This document shows, one piece after another, positions 9,050 through 18,612 of a stretch of 64,000 nucleotides of DNA. A model generated the notes under the pieces. The model did not search any database. It was given only the letters and a program-made list of their open reading frames with translations, and was not told the origin of the DNA. The translations under genes and the position numbers were made by a program. The DNA lies in sequence record NC_009705.1; one strand, given 5' to 3'. How positions within the stretch are numbered: position 1 is the first letter of the stretch; every line of letters begins with the position of its first letter. The DNA is from a plasmid.

Positions 9050-9497
9050 CCTCTCCAAAAAGAAACAACGGGAATTGCTGCGACTCAAGTTTGGTGGCAA
9101 ATGCGCCTATTGTGGCCATCCACTGCCTTTAACTGGCTGGCATGCTGACCACATAGAAGCGGTGTATCGCAACTGTGAGTGGAAATATAAGCCGAATGGC
9201 AGACGCTATCTCGGCTCCGGTACTGGCATGGCAAACCCCCATCTTGATTGTGAAACCAATCAAGTACCAGCGTGTGCGCCATGCAATCTCTTCAAATCGA
9301 CATTCAGCGTAGAACAGTTCAGAAAGAAAATAATGACCCAAGTCGATGTGACCCGCCGAGCATCCAGAAGCTTTAGAACAGCGGAAGCCTTTGGCCAACT
9401 CATTGCAACACCCACACCAGTTATTTTCTACTTTGAGCAATATTATGCTGACCAGAATAATTTAATTCAGATAGATGACATTGAGGATGCCATGTAA
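9036..9497 (+). CDS. HNH endonuclease-family protein
   Basis: CAYCG...HADHI...N...CAPCNLFK matches the HNH motif. Confidence 0.6.
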   Translation: MLMANLSKKKQRELLRLKFGGKCAYCGHPLPLTGWHADHIEAVYRNCEWKYKPNGRRYLGSGTGMANPHLDCETNQVPACAPCNLFKSTFSVEQFRKKIMTQVDVTRRASRSFRTAEAFGQLIATPTPVIFYFEQYYADQNNLIQIDDIEDAM

Positions 9498-10141
9498 TGG
9501 CTGTATTACCAGAAATTGTCCAGCGGAATAAACAAGGGAGTTGGACACACTCAAATTTTTACGTCGGCACAGACGCTCTTTTTGATCATTGGTTAGAAGA
9601 ACATAACCTTGAGCATCAGATTGCTTTTATGGACTGCGAAGATGACAACACATCCCAAACTCTGCTGGAAAAGTATCATTCAGGCTTTGCCGACTTCTCA
9701 GGATGGCAACCTGATCCACCTAAAGGTGATGACTGGTTCATTGGGTCTATTCATGACTCTGAAGAAGGCCCAGTATGTATTTGGCTTCGACCAATCACCC
9801 AGACCAACACAACGGTAACGGGAATGGATAATAAAGCTGCATTGGCGCTCCTTGCCATTCTCAATCTCGTTAAGGAACACGATGATCAAGAAATTGATGA
9901 CGGGGTTATCGAACTCAGGGGATTAGAAGATCAGAATGGTAATGACTGTGGCGCGACTCTATCAGTTACCAAGCTTGCTGCTGAAGCCCATTCAGTCATT
10001 AATGACCTCTTGCAGCGGCTCACTCACAGCCAAAAACGTGAAGCGGCACTCACCGATTACATGTTATCCAAATTTGGGAAAACAACTCACCATTTTATAG
10101 ATGAGTTATGGAACCACCTACCCCCGACGATTTTGGAATAA
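9497..10141 (+). CDS. Hypothetical acidic protein (214 aa), last gene of operon
   Basis: Start overlaps the HNH stop (ATGTAATGG). Confidence 0.45.
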   Translation: MAVLPEIVQRNKQGSWTHSNFYVGTDALFDHWLEEHNLEHQIAFMDCEDDNTSQTLLEKYHSGFADFSGWQPDPPKGDDWFIGSIHDSEEGPVCIWLRPITQTNTTVTGMDNKAALALLAILNLVKEHDDQEIDDGVIELRGLEDQNGNDCGATLSVTKLAAEAHSVINDLLQRLTHSQKREAALTDYMLSKFGKTTHHFIDELWNHLPPTILE

Positions 10142-10300
10142 CGTCACATGGCATTTATTCGGATGAATAATCCAGAACTCAAAAACGGTGTTTTACACGA
10201 TGCCAAATCACTTGCATCTGACTGCGCTCACTACGTGAGCGAGTAGTAGACATTATTCAGATGGACATGGATACTATTCTTGAAAAAATACGCAGCTTAA

Positions 10301-10699
10301 ATGGAAATGCTCATGATAAAAAAATTCACTGTCCTTTCTTTGTTATTATGCTCTTCTACCGTTGTTGCTTCTGAAAATGTGGTTTCAGATAAGATGGTTT
10401 GCAAGGCAACGATCGCAGGGTTAATGCACCAAAAACCATATCTAATAACCGTTGAAGAAATGACAGAAGATTACTTGCTATATTATACTCGAGAAATTGA
10501 TAAAACCGAGTGGACATATAAATGCAAAGTGGAAGGCAACAACGTGATATGGGGTACTGCCAGTGTTAAATATTCCAAGTTGAGATCGGCTAAAAATACG
10601 ACATTCACAGTTTCCGATGATAAAAATAAAATAATTATTATCGATAAATACGTTGACGGCTCAGAAACAAAGAAAATAATTGATATTAAAGATCTGTGA
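10301..10699 (+). CDS. Small secreted protein (signal peptide LLLCSSTVVASE)
   Basis: N-terminal signal peptide. AT-rich. Confidence 0.4.
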   Translation: MEMLMIKKFTVLSLLLCSSTVVASENVVSDKMVCKATIAGLMHQKPYLITVEEMTEDYLLYYTREIDKTEWTYKCKVEGNNVIWGTASVKYSKLRSAKNTTFTVSDDKNKIIIIDKYVDGSETKKIIDIKDL

Positions 10700-11077
10700 T
10701 TAACACAATAATTGATAAGCAGACATTTGAGATATTCGGTAGTCAGTAAGAGTGGATATATTTTCGTACAGATCACTAAATGATATTAAAAACGTATCAT
10801 TAAACACTTTATAAAATATCTGACTGATGTTGGCTCACCATCCCAACTATCAAGGGGTTGGATTTACGCATAAAGTCATAAGGTCTTGATTTACTCGGTG
10901 AACACCTGATGTAATCCATTATATTTCACACGGTTATATAACGTTAGAGACAGACACGGGGCATGTTGTGTACGTCACGCCCCGTATTTCTTAGCTTTCT
11001 CATTCCAGCACCAGAAACGACCATAATCATCGTAGCAAGCGTAACAGGAATATGGTTAAGCAGACCTCCACAAGAGA

Positions 11078-11929
11078 TCACTCGCATCCCATCTCTTGAG
11101 CCAATGTTCCCTTCTGCGACTTAATGGTTTTTGCCACCTCTTCAGGTAAGGCCGACCAGATTTTCAATTTAGGGTTTGTTTTTTCTTCAATTGTATCAAC
11201 AGTAACTTGATAATCACAAAACTTCGCCGACTTAGCCGTATCTTGTTCCATCAAAAATGCAGAGTACTGACCTTCATCTGGCCCACTACCGATAAATATC
11301 ACTTTCCAATAACCACTTGGGATCTGAACAGAAGTATCAGCCGGCAATGTCGCTAAATCATAATCATATAAAGGGCCCGTAACAGTATACACGGCCGTTA
11401 TCTCAGGGCGATTTGCCAGTAGTCGTTCCTGATCCTCAAGCCGCGCCCATGCGCCTCGATTCAAATCTGATTTTTGCGGTGTGATATTGGACAAATAGTT
11501 TAGTGTCCTCCAATCATCATGCGCCGCTAAAGAACTCAACGGTGCCTGATGGCCACGATCAACGCCTAACTCCCCATTAGCTCCACTATATGCCGCAGGA
11601 GCCAGTGTATCCGTTACAGGTAAGCTTGGATCTCGCGCCCAGTTGCGGCGACGGCCACTGGCAAGAGTATCTTGAGTCACTTTATAAGCCACCCAATTTG
11701 CGAATTTAGTGCTACTGTTATTATTCAGTGTGTAAACATTTCGAATTAGCGTTTGATCACTACCCCCAGTAGGGCAGCCAACAAGGCAGTTATCAATTGT
11801 AACAACATCGTGTTCTATTGCCGTAGGGACTAAGAGTGGAGTATTAGCATAGGAAATTCTATGTTGAAATGTACAGACAAAAGATAAGGGAATAAAAACA
11901 GGCAAAAACTTAAATAAATTGAATTTCAT
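11078..11929 (-). CDS. Secreted DNA/RNA non-specific endonuclease (Serratia NucA family, DRGH active site)
   Basis: Signal peptide plus GVDRGHQAP catalytic motif. Confidence 0.65.
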   Translation of the reverse strand: MKFNLFKFLPVFIPLSFVCTFQHRISYANTPLLVPTAIEHDVVTIDNCLVGCPTGGSDQTLIRNVYTLNNNSSTKFANWVAYKVTQDTLASGRRRNWARDPSLPVTDTLAPAAYSGANGELGVDRGHQAPLSSLAAHDDWRTLNYLSNITPQKSDLNRGAWARLEDQERLLANRPEITAVYTVTGPLYDYDLATLPADTSVQIPSGYWKVIFIGSGPDEGQYSAFLMEQDTAKSAKFCDYQVTVDTIEEKTNPKLKIWSALPEEVAKTIKSQKGTLAQEMGCE

Positions 11930-12220
11930 TATTTACATTTATTTCCATTATGAATTTAACTTCTGAAAGAAAACGATTGACCATTAATTCTATCCATAAA
12001 ATCATAACAGTGCGTCTGAAAATATAATCATGCTGCTTTGAAATAAATAGCAGGCAATGTTAATTACAAGATATATCCCTTAGGCATTCTTGCATATTTT
12101 TTAGCACACAATGGAAATATTAAACAACAATAAATGAATAAAACTCTAAAAATCAGTTTTAAATAGCAATTATAGATAAACAGGGTTGAGATTACATCAA
12201 GCAACATTGAAGAACCTAGA

Positions 12221-13051
12221 CTAGAGCGCTTTATCATTGATTTTATTGATAACTTTCAAAAATTCGTAATTCGTCATATCGCTATTTATATAGCTCTTGA
12301 TATCTTTACCCATGTTATTACATAACATTATTATTTTTTCTAACTCGCTTTCAAATAAGCCAATCGATTCATTATACTTGGATAATGCAAGAGATACGGA
12401 ATATAACTGGCGTGATAATAACTTTTTATTATCAAAAGGCCAACCTGTAAAATTTGCATTACCACACATCGCATTTAAATTATGGACAAACTCCTTGATG
12501 TCTTTATCAGTGTAACTACTTACGTTATTTATAAGGCTTTTCAATTTTCGGACATCTGAGAGCAAATATTTTGCCTGAATAATATAAATCACTCGATTAT
12601 GACCTAACAGTAAATTAATCCATTTATATTTATGTTTAAGAAGAAGCTCATCAACAGCATTAAATTTAATAGTAGTTTGTTTTGAACCGTTCTTTTTAGA
12701 GTCCGAAATATACTTGTCGGTATGGTTATCATTGATATGCTTCCAGTACATTCTTGGTTTCTCATCATCCATGCAAATAGAGACCAATAAAACAATATCA
12801 TCGATAGATTGCCAATACTTCAAATTATCTAAGCCAACGGAAACATTGGGATTATTTCCGGATGTGGTCTTTATTTGAACACCGATAAAACAACCTACAG
12901 AACGTTTGTTATCATCAAAAAACTCAACCTGAGCATCTATCCCAACATCAATACTGAGCAAACGACATGGCCACTCAAAATACCGAGAAACCCAATATGC
13001 AAAATAGTTCTCACCAGCTTGGCCTATCGAACTTTTCTTTTGATAAATCAT
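12221..13051 (-). CDS. Restriction-endonuclease-like (PD-(D/E)xK, DUF4365-like N-terminus) protein with unknown C-terminal domain, very AT-rich
   Basis: GQAGENYFAYWVSRYFEWPCRLLSIDVGIDAQVEF...GVQIKT fits G..GE...W...D.G.D..vE...QxK. Confidence 0.35.
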   Translation of the reverse strand: MIYQKKSSIGQAGENYFAYWVSRYFEWPCRLLSIDVGIDAQVEFFDDNKRSVGCFIGVQIKTTSGNNPNVSVGLDNLKYWQSIDDIVLLVSICMDDEKPRMYWKHINDNHTDKYISDSKKNGSKQTTIKFNAVDELLLKHKYKWINLLLGHNRVIYIIQAKYLLSDVRKLKSLINNVSSYTDKDIKEFVHNLNAMCGNANFTGWPFDNKKLLSRQLYSVSLALSKYNESIGLFESELEKIIMLCNNMGKDIKSYINSDMTNYEFLKVINKINDKAL

Positions 13052-13572
13052 GCAGTTGATTCCTGCTGTAAGTTACTTTATTACGGTATAATACACCGAC
13101 ATGTATTTATGCCAACAACTGAGAATTTATTGAATTCACCTTAAAGAATGTACGAAGAAGCGCCAAATCCCACTTCTTGCGTTCTAGGAGTATACCTTTT
13201 TATTGCACTTATAAATCATACTAACTGCTTTTAAACACACAAGTAATAGGAGCTATATTAGTGACCAACAACTTGTATTTTATTAACAACTCGCTAAGAT
13301 TGCATAGTGCTTTGTACTGTCAGTGGTGTCTCTGACGGGGCGTCTGATTCCTCACTGGCAGCACTGCACAACCTCTTCGACGAGGTATTTTGAAAACCAA
13401 AAAGCAGGCCATCGTTAAAAGGTGGCAAGCCAATATTGAATATGAATTACACAAACGCTTAATGCGGCTGAAATCACCAAGAACAGAGTATCTGATTACA
13501 AATTCATATGAGTAAATGCTCACTAAATTTATGCAGTGATCCTTTAGCTGGGTTACAGAAAGGAAGTTTGCT

Positions 13573-14703
13573 ATGAGCGAACTGATAAAACACAGCAGTA
13601 ACTTTTTAGCCGCGATCTCGCCGGACAACGATTGCTCTATCACAGCAACGAATGACTTCGAAGCGATGATGTCATGGCTTAATGGGTATAAAAAAAAGCC
13701 AATCAATACATCAAGAAACTACGCGAGAGAAGTTAAGCGCTACCTCATTTGGCTATCATGCCAAGGTTTAACGCTAGCTCAGGTAAAAATTGAGGACGTC
13801 TATGAGTATTTTAACCTACTAGAACGCCCAACAACTGAGTGGATCATTCCAGACAAAAAGACCGACAAAATATACCCAACTCAACTGATCAAGTATGGTG
13901 GCTTATCTAATCGCTCAATCAACTATACCCACACCGTACTTGGCCTATTTTACTCATTTCTGCAAGATGCAGGCTATTTAACGAAAAACCCGATAAATCT
14001 GGTCAAAAAAGCCAGCGCAACTACTGAAAGTGAGCAATATCGGCATTTAGACTTACCCGCTTGGCAAACTCTTTGGACTTGGATACTGGGGTACGAGAAC
14101 CGCGTAATCACAGAGGATCAACCAGCCAAGATGATAAAAAAAGCGAGTCGCTACCGATGGGTGTTTGCCTTGCTCTACCATTCTGGCATTCGCTGTGCAG
14201 AAGCGGCAAACGCGCTGATGAGTGATTTAGTTCGTAAAAACAATACATGGTCTCTGAAAGTCACGGGTAAAGGAAACAAAATGCGACTTGTGACTGTAAA
14301 CAGCCTTCTGCTGAAAGAGCTGATCCACTATAGGCGCTCCCTTCTTTTAACTGACTACCCTTCAAGTCATGATGATACCCCCTTGATCGTCTCGATACAG
14401 AAAAACAGACAAGGCTCCATGACGACAAGAACACTGTCTTCATTAATCAAAGAGGTGACAGAGCTGGTATGCGCAGATTGCCAAGATGATCAAATCACTC
14501 GTCAGATTGAAACCATGACGACTCACTGGTTACGCCACACTAACGCGACACACCGTTTTATGGCAGGAGCCAGCCTTGAAACAACCCAAGATGAGTTAGG
14601 CCATGCAGACCCAAGAACAACACGTATTTATGCCAAGACATCGAACGAAAAAAGGAAATTAGATGCCGAAAGACTGGCTGATTTATTTGATGGCATCGGT
14701 TGA
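13573..14703 (+). CDS. Tyrosine recombinase/integrase (phage integrase family)
   Basis: C-terminal HWLRHTNAT...LGHADPRTTRIYAK gives the R-H-R-Y catalytic signature. Confidence 0.75.
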   Translation: MSELIKHSSNFLAAISPDNDCSITATNDFEAMMSWLNGYKKKPINTSRNYAREVKRYLIWLSCQGLTLAQVKIEDVYEYFNLLERPTTEWIIPDKKTDKIYPTQLIKYGGLSNRSINYTHTVLGLFYSFLQDAGYLTKNPINLVKKASATTESEQYRHLDLPAWQTLWTWILGYENRVITEDQPAKMIKKASRYRWVFALLYHSGIRCAEAANALMSDLVRKNNTWSLKVTGKGNKMRLVTVNSLLLKELIHYRRSLLLTDYPSSHDDTPLIVSIQKNRQGSMTTRTLSSLIKEVTELVCADCQDDQITRQIETMTTHWLRHTNATHRFMAGASLETTQDELGHADPRTTRIYAKTSNEKRKLDAERLADLFDGIG

Positions 14704-14836
14704 TCTGAATATTTAGATAATATAATATTCATAACGTTACTCTTTGCCTAATCGTGTTTATTATGGTTTTATTCTGAGGCGTCAGAATTGAATAAACATA
14801 TTATCCGATGAGTAATGAAACATCGCCAAAAGAAAG

Positions 14837-14872
14837 AGGGCCGCAGCGAAAGCTGTGGCCCTCACCTTTTAT
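14837..14872 (+). terminator. Rho-independent terminator-like hairpin (agggccgcag...ctgtggccct + TTTT)
   Basis: 10-bp stem (9/10 paired) followed by a T-run. Confidence 0.4.
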
Positions 14873-14945
14873 ATCATTATCATTTAGGATTTACCCTATT
14901 TACTTGGCTATAACATTCATAGTAAAGGGATTTTGCTAATAGTCA

Positions 14946-15257
14946 CTATTCGTTACTTATCAAACCAGTTGGCAATTTCTTTAGATACTCTTTATTTATT
15001 TCACCAAACTTTCTTTTAAATACATCCTGCTCAATAATACCCCAATTAGATATTAAGTAGAAACCACATCCTGACTGCTGGATATATTTTATTTCCAGTC
15101 TATATTCTTTTTTAATAGACTTAAGTAGTCTCACAATACTTGTATCGGGTATACCAGTATGTTCTGATAAATCCTTTTTAGACGGTTGGTCTAAATCAGT
15201 TAAAGCATTTAGTAGTGCATACTTTCTGGCGGTATCCCGTGATAATTTGTCCATCAT
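14946..15257 (-). CDS. Small winged-helix-like DNA-binding protein downstream of ParB-like gene
   Basis: DLSEHTGIPDTSIVRLLKSIKKE is HTH-like. Confidence 0.35.
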   Translation of the reverse strand: MMDKLSRDTARKYALLNALTDLDQPSKKDLSEHTGIPDTSIVRLLKSIKKEYRLEIKYIQQSGCGFYLISNWGIIEQDVFKRKFGEINKEYLKKLPTGLISNE

Positions 15258-15311
15258 ACCGCTCTCTTAGACAAAAGGGAGCTAAAGCCCCCTCTTATCA
15301 ACTACATCGAA

Positions 15312-16469
15312 TTAAGCAGCATTAGCACTGGTCTGCTGGGCCTGTTCTGAATCATTCGTCTCAGTTTGACCACCATCTTCTAGGGGGATCGATGGATCTG
15401 TTTCAGTAACTACACCCAACGCTTTTAAATTGTCCTCATCGAACTTATCTAACATGGCTTTCATTTCACGCAACATTTCAAATTCGGCTACGGGAATAAC
15501 AACCTGTACTTCTGATGCGCCCTCCTCAACAATAATACTGTCATCATTAGTGAGGAAAGTTAATTTTGATACGCTATCATGTACTTTATCAACCATGCCT
15601 TTAGGTAAACGTTTAGGTTTTAAATCACTAGGCTTAATTAAAGCACGACGCTGCTGTTTTGGCTGGATACCGTTATCTTCAGGGGTGTTATTACTTCCAG
15701 ATTCACTTCCCTCTGTACCCTGAGTTTCGGATGTTGACTTCTCTGCTATAAGTTTGTCACGTCTTTCTGCCTGTTCTCTTTCTTTAATTGTAAGTACCGC
15801 TTCTATTTGCTGTATTGCTTTTTCAGCCCCAAACTCTCTGTAGACATCTAGAGTATTTGTCCAAGAGGTGATATTGGTAGCAATAAAATATTTCAAACGT
15901 TTTGGCAAACTCAGTAATTCTAAGATATTTTTAACTTGATTTACCGTACAACCGCGCCATTCAGCAATTCGTTTTTCGTCCCAACCATGATTCATCATTC
16001 GTTGGTATACACGCCCCTGTGCTAAAGCAGTTACCTTCAAACCATCTTGGGATGTAAGAATAAGCATATCTTGCTTTTCTTCATCACCCTTATTCTCGGT
16101 AACATGAATAAGTGAAATGTCTGTTCCCTCAGAAATAAGTTCAAGAATTGAATAAAGACGGCAATTACCGTCACGAAGGTAAGCAATTCCATCAATGACT
16201 TGAACTATTAGAGCCGGAGGGAGCAAACTGCCATCTTTATATGCTTTTTTTAAACGATTGATGTATGCTCTGTTTTCATCTAAAGCAACAAATTCTTCGA
16301 AACTATCAAAACCTTCAGCGCGAGTATTAAAGTTGGGATCAATTTTAATCAATCGAGGATCAATATAAAATCCATCATCAGTTCGCTTGGCGCGATGATC
16401 TTCAGTTTTTTTAATTTCTTTTACAAATGCAGTTAAGGATTGTGGTAATTTTTTACGTTGTTCGTTCAT
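15312..16469 (-). CDS. ParB/Spo0J-like N-terminal-domain protein (ParB-like nuclease/KorB-like)
   Basis: IKIDPNFNTR...LRDGNCRLYS fits ParB-box motifs. No cognate parA adjacent. Confidence 0.55.
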   Translation of the reverse strand: MNEQRKKLPQSLTAFVKEIKKTEDHRAKRTDDGFYIDPRLIKIDPNFNTRAEGFDSFEEFVALDENRAYINRLKKAYKDGSLLPPALIVQVIDGIAYLRDGNCRLYSILELISEGTDISLIHVTENKGDEEKQDMLILTSQDGLKVTALAQGRVYQRMMNHGWDEKRIAEWRGCTVNQVKNILELLSLPKRLKYFIATNITSWTNTLDVYREFGAEKAIQQIEAVLTIKEREQAERRDKLIAEKSTSETQGTEGSESGSNNTPEDNGIQPKQQRRALIKPSDLKPKRLPKGMVDKVHDSVSKLTFLTNDDSIIVEEGASEVQVVIPVAEFEMLREMKAMLDKFDEDNLKALGVVTETDPSIPLEDGGQTETNDSEQAQQTSANAA

Positions 16470-16650
16470 TTATTTTTCCTCGCCAAAAGAAAAGTTGTTT
16501 TAAAATAAACTCCTGCGTTGGAGTGGTCGTAGTATAACTTGCTATTACCGCAGCATGTCAAACTGTTTTTAAACTAAAATCGATTTTATTTTCAATTTCA
16601 TGATCTAGATTAGGTTAAAAACAACATTCAAACTTTGAAAACTTCCGGTG

Positions 16651-16680
16651 CCTGTTTTCAATTTATAAATTGAAAACAGG
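16651..16680. promoter_or_regulatory. Perfect 30-bp palindrome CCTGTTTTCAATTTATAAATTGAAAACAGG within a cluster of TTGAAAAC/GTTTTCAA half-sites (16580-16890)
   Basis: Palindrome read directly. At least 5 further half-site copies nearby, upstream of the ParB-like operon. Confidence 0.6.
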
Positions 16681-17193
16681 AAAGAACATAAGTTGAAAAC
16701 ATGGACAACTTAACGTCAAATGGTTTTTAACCTTATGATAAGAATGCTAATTTCTTAAATTTGATAAACTGAATAATTAAGCATTATTGATTAAGAGAGG
16801 ATTTTTAGTTTTCAATTTGACTTACTGCAACCGTTTTCCCTTCCAGACAAAGAGAATTGAATAAATTGATTTTGAAAATTGTGATGCTGTCAAACAACAA
16901 TGAATACTCCATGAGAAAAACTATACGGCGTGACAGCGAATAACTTTAATACCAGATATCAACCTTATGCCCCTGTGCGTCATTGATTTGCCATATCATG
17001 TGTAAGTCGCAAGTTGCTACAGGGCAGCTAGCACCTGCTACAGCCTGTCCTGCTGCTGCCAATTTGAGATCCAATGATGATATGTTATTCTATAGCCACT
17101 TTAGAGCATTTCAGGCATCGCCCCACCTCTTGATGTCTGGTTAATACAATCTAAAGAGTGGTGTTTAGCACCACACCCCTTTTTTACCTGCTC

Positions 17194-17228
17194 AAAACGG
17201 CGCTTCCCCAAAGCGCCGTTTTTTTTAA
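17194..17228. terminator. Bidirectional Rho-independent terminator hairpin (aaaacggcgcttccccaaagcgccgtttttttt)
   Basis: 8-bp GC-rich stem flanked by an A-run and a T-run. Confidence 0.6.
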
Positions 17229-17248
17229 TACAAAAATGATAAGTTTAA

Positions 17249-17980
17249 TTGTTATTAAAATTCTGTTTTTACCCCTCCATATCGACTACTATGTTAAAAA
17301 CAAACTTCATCTTGAGACTTGCTATGTTTAACTATTCGATTACATCTGAATTCATAAATGAAAAAGTGTCTGAAGCAATCTCGCAAAATTTCGATTCTCA
17401 TGGGAATGGCCTTCAGTCTGGTTTCATTTCACTTATGGTTTTAAAAGGCAATGAAGTTTTGAAAGATGTGCCTATCGTCTTTGAAATGTTTTCTCTTCTA
17501 GCTTATGCAACATCAAAGTTTCCTATCGCAGTCTTTGACTTTGAAAACGACGCTGAGATTGATCTGAATCAATTTAAAAACACAATAGTAGTTTCTGAAG
17601 CTAAAAATAAATTAATTTTATTGCTTACAGTAAATGCTGGTGACTTACCTTATGTTGCTCATTGGATTGCTGACTCTATTCCCAGCCAACAAGTCAAAAA
17701 CATGGCTGGATTGTTAGCCATTCCATTTTCAATTGAATTACACGCAGGAAAACCATTTATATTGCCAGAATGGTGTGCCGCATTTTATGTAAACAATAAT
17801 AGAGAGCATTGTATCCCTACAGTAACACTTCGTTCGATGGCGAATTCTAATATAGAAGCCTTTTCTGGTGACTGGATAGAGAATGCATTACATCGGCTAT
17901 CATTTTTCAATTTACCAGTAAGAGATGCGCGAGAAGCAATTAAAACCGCCCCGCATGGGGCGACTAACACAAATAAATAA
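17249..17980 (+). CDS. Hypothetical protein (243 aa; internal starts possible)
   Basis: Intact ORF. Confidence 0.4.
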   Translation: MLLKFCFYPSISTTMLKTNFILRLAMFNYSITSEFINEKVSEAISQNFDSHGNGLQSGFISLMVLKGNEVLKDVPIVFEMFSLLAYATSKFPIAVFDFENDAEIDLNQFKNTIVVSEAKNKLILLLTVNAGDLPYVAHWIADSIPSQQVKNMAGLLAIPFSIELHAGKPFILPEWCAAFYVNNNREHCIPTVTLRSMANSNIEAFSGDWIENALHRLSFFNLPVRDAREAIKTAPHGATNTNK

Positions 17981-18068
17981 AAATGTCAATTTTATACAAT
18001 ATTTTCTTGCATTTCGATTTTAAATGTCTAATCTAGAATTATTCAAACAAAACAGCGTGAGGTGAGAA

Positions 18069-18560
18069 ATGGATAATTATTATAACTCTCTTGATTTTTC
18101 ACTGAGCCAACGTGATATAGGTGAAAAAAACGGTTATCAACGTGGTATGCATGATGGCCATGCTGCTGGTATCCAAGATGGCCGTACTCAAGTCATCAAT
18201 GAAGCTAACACAACAATTCGTCAGCTCAATAAGCATGTGAGCGACCAAGATAACGAAATTGCTGAATTAAAAAAGCGGTTAGCCGCAAAGAACAATGAAC
18301 TGGCTGAACTGAAAAATAACTTCAACCGCAATGCAGTGATAATGTCTGCCGAACGTAACACCCTTGAAACCTTAGCCAGCAAGCAACCAGAACTTAAGGG
18401 CGTCATTGGTACAATATTCATGAGCAACTACAACACGCTATGTTCCGATGCCATGAGTAAGGGCCATTTCAAAGCTAACATGCTCGACGACAAAGATTAT
18501 GCTGTGATTGCACCTAAAACAGTTAACTTTTTACAAAACATGAATACCTACTCCAAATAG
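18069..18560 (+). CDS. Hypothetical coiled-coil protein (163 aa)
   Basis: Heptad-like EIAELKKRLAAKNNELAELK. Confidence 0.4.
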   Translation: MDNYYNSLDFSLSQRDIGEKNGYQRGMHDGHAAGIQDGRTQVINEANTTIRQLNKHVSDQDNEIAELKKRLAAKNNELAELKNNFNRNAVIMSAERNTLETLASKQPELKGVIGTIFMSNYNTLCSDAMSKGHFKANMLDDKDYAVIAPKTVNFLQNMNTYSK

Positions 18561-18583
18561 CTTGAACTCAGTGGGCATCAATT

Positions 18584-18612
18584 GAAAAGGGAGCCAAAGC
18601 TCCCTTTTTTAA
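18584..18612. terminator. Bidirectional terminator hairpin (aaaagggagccaaagctcccttttttaa) between convergent genes
   Basis: 7-bp stem plus flanking A and T runs. Confidence 0.55.
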
